A stretch of 64,000 bases of DNA. Origin: Opitutaceae bacterium. Its GTDB lineage: Bacteria; Verrucomicrobiota; Verrucomicrobiia; Opitutales; Opitutaceae. The translations under genes and the position numbers were made by a program. Shown one piece after another: positions 48,801-57,907 of the stretch (within the stretch, counting starts at the first letter, position 1; the number at the start of each line of letters is the position of its first letter). A model generated the notes under the pieces. That model was not told the origin of the DNA. It saw only the letters and a program-made list of their open reading frames with translations, and did no database searches. Location: positions 100,275 to 164,274 of the forward strand of contig JANQKV010000030.1 in NCBI GenBank assembly GCA_028280945.1. Reading direction: 5' to 3'.

Positions 48801-50111
48801 ATGAGCGATCTTCCCATCGTTAACATTGGTATCTGTGGCCTCGGCACGGTCGGGCAGGGCGTGTGGAAACACATCACGCGTTCAAAACCAAAACTGGAAT
48901 CGCGGCTCGGCGCCCGCCTGGTGCTCAAGCGAGCGTCGGTGCGGAACCTGGCCAAGAAGCGCGGCGTGCGTGTGGGTCCCTCCCGCCTCACCACCGATCC
49001 CATGGCCGTGGCCACCGACCCGGGCATCCAGATTGTTTGTGAGCTTATTGGTGGCACGACGCTGGCCAAGGAGATCACCCTGGCGGCATTGCGATTGGGC
49101 AAGACGGTGGTTTCGGCCAACAAGGCCCTCGTTTGCGACCATGGCCCGGAGATCTTCGCGGCGGCCCGCGAGCATGGAGGACATTACTTCTTTGAGGCCT
49201 CGGTCGCCGGCGGCATCCCGATCATCAAGGCGTTGCGCGAGGGGCTGGTGGCCAATCGATTTGGGCGCATCTACGGCATCCTCAATGGCACCTGTAACTA
49301 CATTCTCACGCGCATGGAGCGCGAGAGTTTGAGTTATCCGGTTATCCTGAAGGAAGCCAAGGCGCTCGGTTACGCCGAGGCGGATGAGGCCCTCGATGTC
49401 GAGGGCTGGGATACCGCCCACAAGGCGTCCATCATTACCTACCTGGCCCACGGTACCTGGGTGCCGACCAAAGCCATGGGGGTGGCGGGCATCACCCAAA
49501 TCGCGCAAGCCGACATCCAGTTTGCCCGCGAGCACAACCTCGCGATCAAGTTGTTGGCCGTGATCGAGCGGGATTTGAAAACGGACGAACTGGCGGTGTC
49601 GGTCGCACCGACATTGCTCTCGCGTGAGACGGCGTTGGCCAACGTAAACGACGTCTACAATGGTGTTTCCGTGAGCGGTGATGTCGTGGGCGAAACCGTC
49701 TACATCGGCCGCGGGGCGGGCCAGGATGCCACGGCCAGTGCGGTAATCAGCGACATCGTGGATGCCATTGCGCTGCTCCTGCGAGGCAACGCCGCGCTCC
49801 CGGAGCCCGTCGATCACGATTGTCCGCGGCGTTTGCCGGAGCGGAGTGTGAGTCGGTATTATCTCCGATTGGACGTGAAGGATGAACCCGGGGTCCTGTC
49901 CAAGATCTCCGCCGCCACTGCCCGGTTTAAAGTGAGCATCGCCAGTGTTCAGCAAACGGCGAGCAGCCGGAAAGGCACGGCGACGTTGATGCTCACCACC
50001 CATCTTACCAACGAAAAAGCCATCCTTTCCGCCGTGACCCAGCTACGGCGATTGGCGGGAGTGCTCGGAGCCCCCTTGCTGATGCGTATCGCGGCGTTTG
50101 AAGACGCCTGA
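48801..50111 (+). CDS. hom: homoserine dehydrogenase with ACT domain
   Basis: GLGTVG, VVSANKA, EASVAGGIP, GILNGT, GRGAG. Confidence 0.95.
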   Translation: MSDLPIVNIGICGLGTVGQGVWKHITRSKPKLESRLGARLVLKRASVRNLAKKRGVRVGPSRLTTDPMAVATDPGIQIVCELIGGTTLAKEITLAALRLGKTVVSANKALVCDHGPEIFAAAREHGGHYFFEASVAGGIPIIKALREGLVANRFGRIYGILNGTCNYILTRMERESLSYPVILKEAKALGYAEADEALDVEGWDTAHKASIITYLAHGTWVPTKAMGVAGITQIAQADIQFAREHNLAIKLLAVIERDLKTDELAVSVAPTLLSRETALANVNDVYNGVSVSGDVVGETVYIGRGAGQDATASAVISDIVDAIALLLRGNAALPEPVDHDCPRRLPERSVSRYYLRLDVKDEPGVLSKISAATARFKVSIASVQQTASSRKGTATLMLTTHLTNEKAILSAVTQLRRLAGVLGAPLLMRIAAFEDA

Positions 50112-50120
50112 ACCCGTTCC

Positions 50121-51338
50121 ATGTCTCGTATTGTTCAGAAATATGGCGGCACCTCCATGGGAGATGTGGGCCGCATCAAGAAAGTCGCCGAGCGCATCAA
50201 GCTCGCCATCGATCAAGGCAGCGAGGTGGTCGCGGTGGTTTCGGCTCGGGCGGGAGTGACCAATGAACTCATTGCGCGATCCCGTGAAATCACCCGAAAC
50301 CCGAGTGAGCGGGAGATGGACATGCTGTTATCGGTCGGCGAACAGGAAACCATCGCGCTTACGGCTTTGGCGTTGCATGAGCTGGGGGTGGAGGCGGTCT
50401 CCTTCACCGGAGCGCAGGCCGGCATCCAGACGGATGCCATCCATACCAAAGCCAAGATCCAGACGATCAACGCCGAGGTGGTGGAGGCGCAATTGCAGAC
50501 GGGCAAAGTTGTCATCGTGGCGGGGTTTCAGGGCGTCAACGAACACGGTCACATCACAACCTTTGGGCGAGGAGGATCCGATCTCTCCGCCGTGGCCATC
50601 GCGTCCGCCGTCAAAGCCGACCGGTGCGAAATCTACACGGATGTGGACGGGGTCTACACCGCCGATCCCCGGGTGGTGGCCAAGGCACAAAAGATCGACG
50701 AAATCTCCTACGATGAGATGCTCGAATTGGCCTCGTCCGGTTCGAAGGTCATGCAGTCCCGTTCAGTGGAATTTGCCCACAAGCATAATGTCGTTTTCGA
50801 AGTCCGTTCATCCTTTAACTTTAACCGAGGAACGATTGTGAAAGAAGAAGTGCCCCAAATGGAAAAAGTCGTCGTGCGCGGCATCGCCGTCGACAAGGAT
50901 CAGGCCAAGGTTATCGTCAGCAACATCCTGGATAAACCGGGGTCGGCGGCGAGAGTGTTCCAAGCCCTGGCGGATGCCAGCATCGTGGTCGACATGATCG
51001 TGCAAAATGAAGGCCGCAATGGCATCGCCAATCTCACCTTCACAGTGCCCCAGGGCGATACCATGCGAGCCCAGAAGGCGCTCGAACCCGTGCTCGACGA
51101 GTTGGGCGGCGGCCATGTCGCGGTGCATGAAAACGTGGCCAAACTCTCGGTTGTCGGCGTCGGCATGAAGACGCATTCCGGGGTTGCCGCAGACTTGTTC
51201 ACCGCTCTGGCCCGAGCCGAAGTGAACATCGACCTGATCACGACGTCGGAAATCAAAATCTCGGTTGTGGTGGACCAGGACAAGGTCGATGAGGCGGCCC
51301 GCGTCGTGCACACGGCGTTCGGGCTCGATGCGAGCTGA
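50121..51338 (+). CDS. lysC: aspartate kinase
   Basis: QKYGGTS, GRGGSD, DVDGVYTADP; two ACT domains. Confidence 0.95.
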   Translation: MSRIVQKYGGTSMGDVGRIKKVAERIKLAIDQGSEVVAVVSARAGVTNELIARSREITRNPSEREMDMLLSVGEQETIALTALALHELGVEAVSFTGAQAGIQTDAIHTKAKIQTINAEVVEAQLQTGKVVIVAGFQGVNEHGHITTFGRGGSDLSAVAIASAVKADRCEIYTDVDGVYTADPRVVAKAQKIDEISYDEMLELASSGSKVMQSRSVEFAHKHNVVFEVRSSFNFNRGTIVKEEVPQMEKVVVRGIAVDKDQAKVIVSNILDKPGSAARVFQALADASIVVDMIVQNEGRNGIANLTFTVPQGDTMRAQKALEPVLDELGGGHVAVHENVAKLSVVGVGMKTHSGVAADLFTALARAEVNIDLITTSEIKISVVVDQDKVDEAARVVHTAFGLDAS

Positions 51339-51342
51339 GGTC

Positions 51343-51374
51343 TGTCAGAGGTCAGAAGACAGAAGTCAGGGATC
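51343..51374. repeat. left heptamer array flanking the four-helix-bundle gene
   Basis: TGTCAGA GGTCAGA AGACAGA AGTCAGG. Confidence 0.75.
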
Positions 51375-51405
51375 AACAACGAGAGCGCAGAAAGGCAGGC
51401 AGCTG

Positions 51406-51819
51406 ATGAGTCAGACTTCCGGAAACCAAGGCCGAGGGAGCGGAGCAATCCGGCATTTTACCGATCTGATTGTTTGGCAAAAGGCGCACGCGGTCAGCAC
51501 GCGCATCTTCACTCTGTCCAAGTCCTTTCCGCCGGAAGAGAAGTTCTCTTTAACCGATCAAATAAGAAGATCAGCCCGTTCCATAGGAGCCAACATTGCG
51601 GAAGCGTGGGCGAAGCGGCGCTATGAAGCGGCCTTTATAGCAAAACTAACCGATTCGGACGGGGAATCGAACGAGACCGAACATTGGTTGATCGAAGCGG
51701 AGTCGTGTGAATACTTGAGCCCGGAATCGGTTTCCGAGATTCGAGGGCTGTTGTCTGAAGTGGGCAAGATGTTGGGCGCGATGATGCTGAATCCGCAGCC
51801 CTTCCTGCTCCAAAAATAG
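51406..51819 (+). CDS. four-helix-bundle protein (23S rRNA IVP-like family)
   Basis: F.DL.VWQKA, FP.EE.F.LT.Q.RRSA.SI.ANIAE, E..E..WL. Confidence 0.9.
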   Translation: MSQTSGNQGRGSGAIRHFTDLIVWQKAHAVSTRIFTLSKSFPPEEKFSLTDQIRRSARSIGANIAEAWAKRRYEAAFIAKLTDSDGESNETEHWLIEAESCEYLSPESVSEIRGLLSEVGKMLGAMMLNPQPFLLQK

Positions 51820-51839
51820 ACAGGCCGAGCAAATCAGTG

Positions 51840-51874
51840 TCTGTTCTCTGTCCACTAGTTTCTGACTTCTGATC
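51840..51874. repeat. right heptamer array, inverted relative to the left array
   Basis: TCTGTTC TCTGTCC ACTAGTT TCTGACT TCTGATC; CTGACTTCTG (51862-71) is the exact reverse complement of CAGAAGTCAG (51360-69). Confidence 0.75.
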
Positions 51875-51877
51875 AAA

Positions 51878-53239
51878 ATGAAATTCATCTCCACGCGCGG
51901 GCAGGCTGACGCCCTCGGTTTCAGCGATGCGGTGGCGACCGGACTGGCACCGGACGGGGGGTTGTTTTTGCCGGAAGAGCTGCCGCAGTTCCCGGCGGCG
52001 GACTTGGCGGCGATGGCGGAGCTGGACTACCCAAAATTGTGTGCCGCGTTTTTCCGGAGATTTGCCACCGACATTAACGACGCAACCTTCGACCGGTTGG
52101 TGGCAAAATCCTATGCGGGGTTTTCGCACCCGGAAATCGCGCCACTTGTGCCGCTGACCGACAAGCTGCACGTGCTCGAGTTGTTTCACGGCCCAACGCT
52201 GGCGTTCAAGGACTTCGCGCTGCAGTTGTTGGGCAACCTCTACGAACACCAATGTGAGGCACGCGGGCAGACGATCAATGTCCTGGGGGCAACCTCGGGC
52301 GACACCGGAGCGGCGGCGATTCATGGACTGTTGGGCAAACCGGGTACCGCTATTTTTATCCTCTATCCGGATGGGCGGGTGGCGCCGTTGCAGGAGCGAC
52401 AGATGACCTGCATGCAGGCGGACAATGTCTATCCCATGGCGATCGAAGGGTCGTTCGATGATGCCCAGGCTGCACTGAAGGAGATCTTTGCCGATCAGGC
52501 GTTTCGTATCGAGCACCGGCTTTCGGCTGTAAACTCCATCAACCTCGCGCGGGTGCTGGCGCAGTGTGTTTATTACTTGTCCGCATGGCTTCGCCTGCCG
52601 GCGGCGCAACGGGACAACGTCGAATTCGTGGTGCCCACCGGAAACTTTGGCAACGTCCTAGCCGGATGGATGCTGCAGCAGATGGGCGTGCCCATTCACG
52701 GGTTCAAGGTCGCCACCAATCAAAACGACATTCTCCACCGCTTGTTCACGACCGGAGAGTATCGGGTGGACCGGGTGGCGCCCAGTCTGGCCCCATCGAT
52801 GGACATTCAGGTGGCGTCCAACTTTGAGCGGTTTCTTTACTACAACGTGGATCGTGATCCCGGCCGGGTGCGGGAAATCATGGCCACATTTAAAACCACG
52901 GGGGTTTACCGATTTGAGAATTTCGACCGTGACAGTTTCTCCGCTTCGCGGTGTGCCGATGCCGAAATTCCGGGGATCATCAAGCGAGTGTATGACAACC
53001 ATGGATACGTAGTCGACCCCCATACGGCATGCGCCTTTGCCGAGCACGATCCGGCGCGACCCAGCGTGGTGCTCGCCACCGCCCATCCGGCGAAGTTTCC
53101 CGATACCATTAAAAGGGCCGTCGGGATTTCACCGAAGCATGATTCGCTGGAAATTCTCAAAACCCGCCCGGTTGTGAAGCACCCCGTTGCGGCCCAAGCC
53201 GACGCGATCCGGCAATTCATCCGGGATCGCGCGGTTTGA
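51878..53239 (+). CDS. thrC: threonine synthase
   Basis: GLAPDGGLF, HGPTLAFKD, ATSGDTG, NSINLAR, VPTGNFG, TAHPAKF. Confidence 0.96.
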   Translation: MKFISTRGQADALGFSDAVATGLAPDGGLFLPEELPQFPAADLAAMAELDYPKLCAAFFRRFATDINDATFDRLVAKSYAGFSHPEIAPLVPLTDKLHVLELFHGPTLAFKDFALQLLGNLYEHQCEARGQTINVLGATSGDTGAAAIHGLLGKPGTAIFILYPDGRVAPLQERQMTCMQADNVYPMAIEGSFDDAQAALKEIFADQAFRIEHRLSAVNSINLARVLAQCVYYLSAWLRLPAAQRDNVEFVVPTGNFGNVLAGWMLQQMGVPIHGFKVATNQNDILHRLFTTGEYRVDRVAPSLAPSMDIQVASNFERFLYYNVDRDPGRVREIMATFKTTGVYRFENFDRDSFSASRCADAEIPGIIKRVYDNHGYVVDPHTACAFAEHDPARPSVVLATAHPAKFPDTIKRAVGISPKHDSLEILKTRPVVKHPVAAQADAIRQFIRDRAV

Positions 53240-53261
53240 TGCGGTTTCAACCTGCTCCGAC

Positions 53262-55571
53262 CTAAAGCCCGCGGAGCGAATAAAGGTAGGCGTAGAGGGT
53301 CATTTTGCCGCGCATGGTCTGACGGGGCGTAAACTCACCGTTGGTCCAGGAGTAGCGGCTGTTAAAGTGCGCCTCCTGGCGCGGCCAACCGTCTTTCCAA
53401 GCCGGATAACCACGCTCAGTAAACCACTGGGGCATCGACCCAATGTGCGTGGTGCCCCAAGGGTTCAGGTTGTTGTAAGGCGTGTGGCCGGGATGCAGTC
53501 CGGGCGAGCCGTCATTGCGACCAGAGGTGTAGCAATTGACGATGCAGCGTTCGCCGAGGCCCGTCATTTCGACGATGTTGCCGGGGTTGCGGCCCAATGC
53601 CCAGTCGGCTTCGAGAATGAGTGATTTGAGAAAGTACTCTTTCTCGGCCGGGTCGTCCGACAAGTGATGGGCCAGCACCACGAGATCCATGTTTTGGGGT
53701 GTCACCCAATACTGGTGGTTGGTCGATCGGCGAGACGGCCGCCAGTCCATGTTGTCGGCGTAGTCGGCCCGGGCCTGCCGGAAGAGGGAAGCCCTCATGT
53801 TCGCTTGGATCTCCGGGTGTCGGACCTCGCGCTTAGTCATCAAATACGCCGCCGTCGCCCACACTTGGTTCCAGCCCTGCAGTTCGAAAATGTTGGCGTC
53901 GGGGTCCTGCGCGACGCTGTCTCGCACCAGAGCATCCTCCCACTGGACATCGCCGGTCACGTTGTAGAGGTAGGCGGCGGCGAGCTGGCGGAAATCACGT
54001 CCGCGCATCCGGTCGTCGCCGATACCCTGGATATCGTCGAGCTGCAGGTTCTCCTGCTTCTGGGCGAAGCGATAGGCCGTGATCGCTTCGCGGCGATAAT
54101 GGTCGGACATCTCACGGTTGCCGTTTACGCGAAAGGCTTCGGCGACCATGGCGCAGTTTGCCGCGTTGGCCCATGCGGCCATGGTGGTGGCGCCGGCTTG
54201 GAACATGATGGTTTTTTCCTGCGAGGGGTTGGTCAGGCCATGGGAATACGCCTCGCCGTCACGCAGGCGGAGGAACATGTCGATTTCGTTCAGCGCCTCG
54301 TCGATCAGGTCCGGGATGCCGTTGCCACTTTCGCGGATGCCCAGGTCATCTTCGTCGAGCGAGCCGCCGCTGATCAGGAACGGCAGCAGCTGCGCATAGA
54401 TGTTGGAAACGTGGGCGAGATGGCGGTCCCAATCGGCTGCATCAGAGTGACCGCCGTAGGCTTCGGGGTTTGTCGGGTTACCGGCCGGCCGGTTGGCCCA
54501 AAACATCGATTCCTCGGCGGGTTTAAAGTGATTTTCATCCCAAGTGTCGCCAGGGTGGTCATCCCACTTGGGGTGGAAGGGGTGAAGTTCGGTCAAATAC
54601 ACGGTGAAGCCGGCCGGGTCTTTTTCCGGCATGAACTGCGGCTGCCGGGGGACAGGGCGAATGTCCGTGATCGGTTCGCCCACGCGCATGTAGTAGTAAC
54701 CGCGCAGTTTGGTCTGGTAGGGGGCATAATACGCCTCATCGCTGATCTCGAATTCGACGGATCGTCCCACCCCTTCAACAACCAGACGGTAGCTGCCGGG
54801 CGTATTGAAGCCGGTGAAATCCACGTTCCAAACCGGGGATCCTGTCAGGTTCCAGTCGTTGAATTCCTTTTGACTGTCCTGCCAGAACGTGACTTCGCCG
54901 ACCTCGTGACGGGAGCCATCCTTGGTGTTGAGGAGCCAGACCCGATTGCCTTCGAAATCGCGGTAGTCGCGGGGGCCGCCGTCCCCCAACCACCGATAAA
55001 GATCGGCCGATTTGACCGGTGACTGCGTCGGATAGCCGATCAGGTTGACTTTCACCGCTTCACTGGAGTGGGCGAAAACATCAAAGGTGAAGTCGGTGGA
55101 CTCGGCTTCGATCGCGAGGTCTTCGGCCATCACCAGCTCGTAATTCGCACCTTGTTGAAGCGGGGAGGGCAGCTCAAGGAACAGCCAGTGGTCCAGTTTG
55201 AAATTCCAGCTGTGATCGGTGTTGTTTGCCTTGGCCCGGCGAAAGATGGCCACCGGGGATTTTCCGCTGCTGCCGTAGGCGGCATCATCCTCCGAACGGA
55301 TGGTCCACCTTTTCACGTCCGTGGCCTTGGCGGGATCCAGCTCTTCGCCAAACGCCACAATCTTGTCATCCCCCTCAGCGAAGGCATGGCCCTTGTAGGC
55401 ACTCTCGCCTTTGCCGTCGTCGCGAAACCATGTTTCCCCGTCCTTCAGGTAGAGCTCGAGATAACCTTGGTCCACCGGCTTCAGGTAGATCAGTTTGCTC
55501 GCGAACAAACTGGAACTGATCACAAGTGCAGCCAGAAAGCCGCACCAGAAACGGGGCGAGAGGTAGGTCAT
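53262..55571 (-). CDS. GH9-like glycoside hydrolase with N-terminal Ig-like domain
   Basis: Signal peptide; VKVNLIGY, GGHSDAADWD (DAGD-like), PDLIDEA..E, C-terminal NGEFT. Confidence 0.7.
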   Translation of the reverse strand: MTYLSPRFWCGFLAALVISSSLFASKLIYLKPVDQGYLELYLKDGETWFRDDGKGESAYKGHAFAEGDDKIVAFGEELDPAKATDVKRWTIRSEDDAAYGSSGKSPVAIFRRAKANNTDHSWNFKLDHWLFLELPSPLQQGANYELVMAEDLAIEAESTDFTFDVFAHSSEAVKVNLIGYPTQSPVKSADLYRWLGDGGPRDYRDFEGNRVWLLNTKDGSRHEVGEVTFWQDSQKEFNDWNLTGSPVWNVDFTGFNTPGSYRLVVEGVGRSVEFEISDEAYYAPYQTKLRGYYYMRVGEPITDIRPVPRQPQFMPEKDPAGFTVYLTELHPFHPKWDDHPGDTWDENHFKPAEESMFWANRPAGNPTNPEAYGGHSDAADWDRHLAHVSNIYAQLLPFLISGGSLDEDDLGIRESGNGIPDLIDEALNEIDMFLRLRDGEAYSHGLTNPSQEKTIMFQAGATTMAAWANAANCAMVAEAFRVNGNREMSDHYRREAITAYRFAQKQENLQLDDIQGIGDDRMRGRDFRQLAAAYLYNVTGDVQWEDALVRDSVAQDPDANIFELQGWNQVWATAAYLMTKREVRHPEIQANMRASLFRQARADYADNMDWRPSRRSTNHQYWVTPQNMDLVVLAHHLSDDPAEKEYFLKSLILEADWALGRNPGNIVEMTGLGERCIVNCYTSGRNDGSPGLHPGHTPYNNLNPWGTTHIGSMPQWFTERGYPAWKDGWPRQEAHFNSRYSWTNGEFTPRQTMRGKMTLYAYLYSLRGL

Positions 55572-55620
55572 GGTAGGAGCACTTCAACCTCATGCGCCCA
55601 AGTCTCGCAATCGCACGGCT

Positions 55621-55707
55621 AGACAACGTTAAGGGGAGACCGACCCGGCCGGGTAGGGTTTGCGTCGAACCGTGTCTTTGCGTGCCATCCTCCAACCGCC
55701 GTTGCCA
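55621..55707 (-). repeat. possible solitary attC-like hairpin between divergent genes
   Basis: TGGCAAC, 5 nt, TTGGAGGA ... TCTCCCC, TTAAC, GTTGTCT; right end resembles the array sites. Confidence 0.3.
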
Positions 55708-56561
55708 TGAACCTTCGTAGAAATCTAGCGTTAGTGCTATCAACCACCCTTTGCATCATGTCGTCCGCCCAAGGATTGTATATTCCCCAACCCAGTCCCA
55801 AGGCTGCGATCGAACAGACCATTGGTGTTTGTAGTGTTCGGTTGGAATACAGCCGGCCCAGTGCACGAGACCGGGAGATTTTTGGTGAATTGGTGCCTCA
55901 CGGCGAGGTTTGGCGGGCGGGTGCCAATGCGGCGACCGTCTTGGCCACGGATCAGGACATTCAATTCGGCTGCCGTCTGCTACCCGCCGGCAGGTATGCC
56001 CTGATGATGATCCCGACTGCCGAAAGTTGGATCATTATTGTGAACTCAGAATGGGAGCAATGGGGGGCCTTTAATTACGATCCATCCGAGGATGTCTTCC
56101 GTTTCACCGTTGATCCGATCGAGAGCGGGCATACGGAGATGTGCACCTATGCGTTTGAACGAGTGGACAAGACGAGCGCGCTACTGATTTTGGAGTGGAG
56201 CACGGTCCGCATCGAAATGCCCATCGCGGTCGATACCCGGGCGCAGACGATTGCGAATATCGAGTCGATGACCGGCAAGATGCGTTCCGAATGGTATACC
56301 TTCTCCAATGCCGCCAACTACTACTTCTATGAATTAAACCGGGTCGAAGAAGCGATCGAGTATGTGAATGTTGCGATCGCCCTGGATGCGCCCAATCCGT
56401 CACCCTGGATGCTCAAATCACAAATACTTGCATCGTTGGAACGATACGAGGAAGCCATCGCGTTGGCGGAAGAGGCGATAGAGATCAGCAAAAGAACCGA
56501 CCATGCGTTCGAGATCGGAGAGAATGAACGTCAGATCAAAAAATGGAGGGGAAAGCTATGA
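55707..56561 (+). CDS. DUF2911-like secreted protein with C-terminal TPR
   Basis: PQPSP, YSRPSAR.REIFGELVP.G.VWRAGAN.AT; TPR-like tail. Confidence 0.85.
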   Translation: MNLRRNLALVLSTTLCIMSSAQGLYIPQPSPKAAIEQTIGVCSVRLEYSRPSARDREIFGELVPHGEVWRAGANAATVLATDQDIQFGCRLLPAGRYALMMIPTAESWIIIVNSEWEQWGAFNYDPSEDVFRFTVDPIESGHTEMCTYAFERVDKTSALLILEWSTVRIEMPIAVDTRAQTIANIESMTGKMRSEWYTFSNAANYYFYELNRVEEAIEYVNVAIALDAPNPSPWMLKSQILASLERYEEAIALAEEAIEISKRTDHAFEIGENERQIKKWRGKL

Positions 56562-56649
56562 TTCTCAGGAACGAGTCGTGGCAGAACGCAGTCGTGATAG
56601 ATCTGTTTTCACTGAGATTCACGGACAGGCGTTTGATTATGGTGTTGTG

Positions 56650-56691
56650 CCCCACCAGCTCTTGGCCGGCGGCAACCGGCGGCTGGTGGGG
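56650..56691. terminator. strong hairpin between convergent genes (possible terminator)
   Basis: CCCCACCAGC/GCTGGTGGGG 10-bp stem plus inner GCCGG/CCGGC; no clear U-tract. Confidence 0.45.
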
Positions 56692-56774
56692 ATTCGGAAA
56701 GCGGACAGTTAATGCTGTTTCTTCGGTGATTTGCGGATCCATGTCCATCGTCCGCAGCGCGGTGTCTTTTATCG

Positions 56775-57422
56775 TTATTCCAGCGGTTGCTGTTTGGTTC
56801 GTCTACGCCTCTTGAAAACGACTGCCGCCAGCGAAAAACAACCGAACAATAACGCATACTGGCTTGGCTCCGGGACTGGGCTAGCGGAGACCGAGTAAAG
56901 ATAATCAACCGTAGCTAGCCCTACTGATGACCATGAAGCACCTTGATTCAAGGATACGGCTGAGGCGTTACCAATCGTCCAAGCCCCTGTCTCGCTGTCA
57001 TCGCTGGCATAGTCCCATAGGCTTCTCCCGTTTCCCGTTTCAGTTCCAGTGGTAAGCCAATAGGTCGTATTTGCATCCAGGAACAGACTTCCAGATGGAG
57101 TATAGACGGAGAGCCCTCCTGTAGGGTTCAGGTCACCAGTCAACGAGCCGTTGGTGACCTCGATACCTGGCAGTCCCCCGTCGTCACTGTAGATGCTAAA
57201 AAACAGGGGAGAGGAGGTGTCGGTTGCGCCATCAATACTCAAAGTTACCGAAGTCAGAAAGTAACTTTGATTGTCAGTCGTAAATGACGACGCACGGTAG
57301 TTGCCGTTCGAGATCCCACCAAAGGCGGTGGCAGTGTTGGCGAGCGAGCTAACCTGGACTTGGGCTAGGCCGGGAATGGCCAAAGCCGAGAGAAGGATAA
57401 TATATCTCAGAGATTTCATCAT
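56775..57422 (-). CDS. PEP-CTERM sorting-domain surface protein (choice-of-anchor R-like)
   Basis: Signal peptide; SFTT...LTSVTL, IYSD..GLPG; VPEPS, TM helix, KRRRR; AT-richer than the window average. Confidence 0.85.
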   Translation of the reverse strand: MMKSLRYIILLSALAIPGLAQVQVSSLANTATAFGGISNGNYRASSFTTDNQSYFLTSVTLSIDGATDTSSPLFFSIYSDDGGLPGIEVTNGSLTGDLNPTGGLSVYTPSGSLFLDANTTYWLTTGTETGNGRSLWDYASDDSETGAWTIGNASAVSLNQGASWSSVGLATVDYLYSVSASPVPEPSQYALLFGCFSLAAVVFKRRRRTKQQPLE

Positions 57423-57708
57423 GATTATGGTTGGTTTGGGTGAACGTGAGCGTCGTTTGGACGACGCCATATTTTCATTGTCCGCGGTCGGACTCACAAG
57501 CGTCGATACCCTGAACGGCGGATGCCGTATGGTGTATTAGAGACAGTGCTCAAATACCGGTTCGAACATAACCTGCCCTGTGATCACCAATTCATGGTCG
57601 GTGGATTCGGTAGAAGGCTTGAGGTGGCACGTCACCGCTTCCCCATATCCAAGGGTCGTTCAATCGAAATAGGATTATTGGAGGGCTTTTCTAACTGGAC
57701 AACTTTAA

Positions 57709-57804
57709 ATGATATCTCCACCAACCGCTCACGTGTTTCCCTCCATCATTATTGCCGCGATTATCATCATTGCCCGCCGACCCGGGCAGGTAAATTCGGC
57801 GTAG
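57709..57804 (+). CDS. putative Ile-rich attenuator leader peptide (below the ORF-track size cutoff)
   Basis: MISPPTAHVFPSIIIAAIIIIARRPGQVNSA*; 7 Ile codons within 9 consecutive codons; in-frame GTG at 57733 is an alternative start. Confidence 0.8.
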   Translation: MISPPTAHVFPSIIIAAIIIIARRPGQVNSA

Positions 57805-57868
57805 CGAGACGACGACCTCCGCCAAATTTCCTGAAACCCCGGGCTCAACTGCCGGGGTTTTTTGTTTT
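57781..57868 (+). promoter_or_regulatory. transcription attenuator (antiterminator/terminator) upstream of cimA
   Basis: Antiterminator 57781-57804 pairs with 57817-57843 (~21 bp); mutually exclusive terminator AAACCCCGG/CCGGGGTTT followed by a T-run (57834-57868). Confidence 0.8.
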
Positions 57869-57907
57869 GGCCCTCCTTCTCATCTTCCCAACCTGACCCT
57901 TCCGCAC

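Noticed and set aside
57522-57896. 124-aa plus-strand ORF before cimA
   Set aside because: It crosses the attenuator and terminator in another frame and has no motifs. The Ile-rich frame explains the region.
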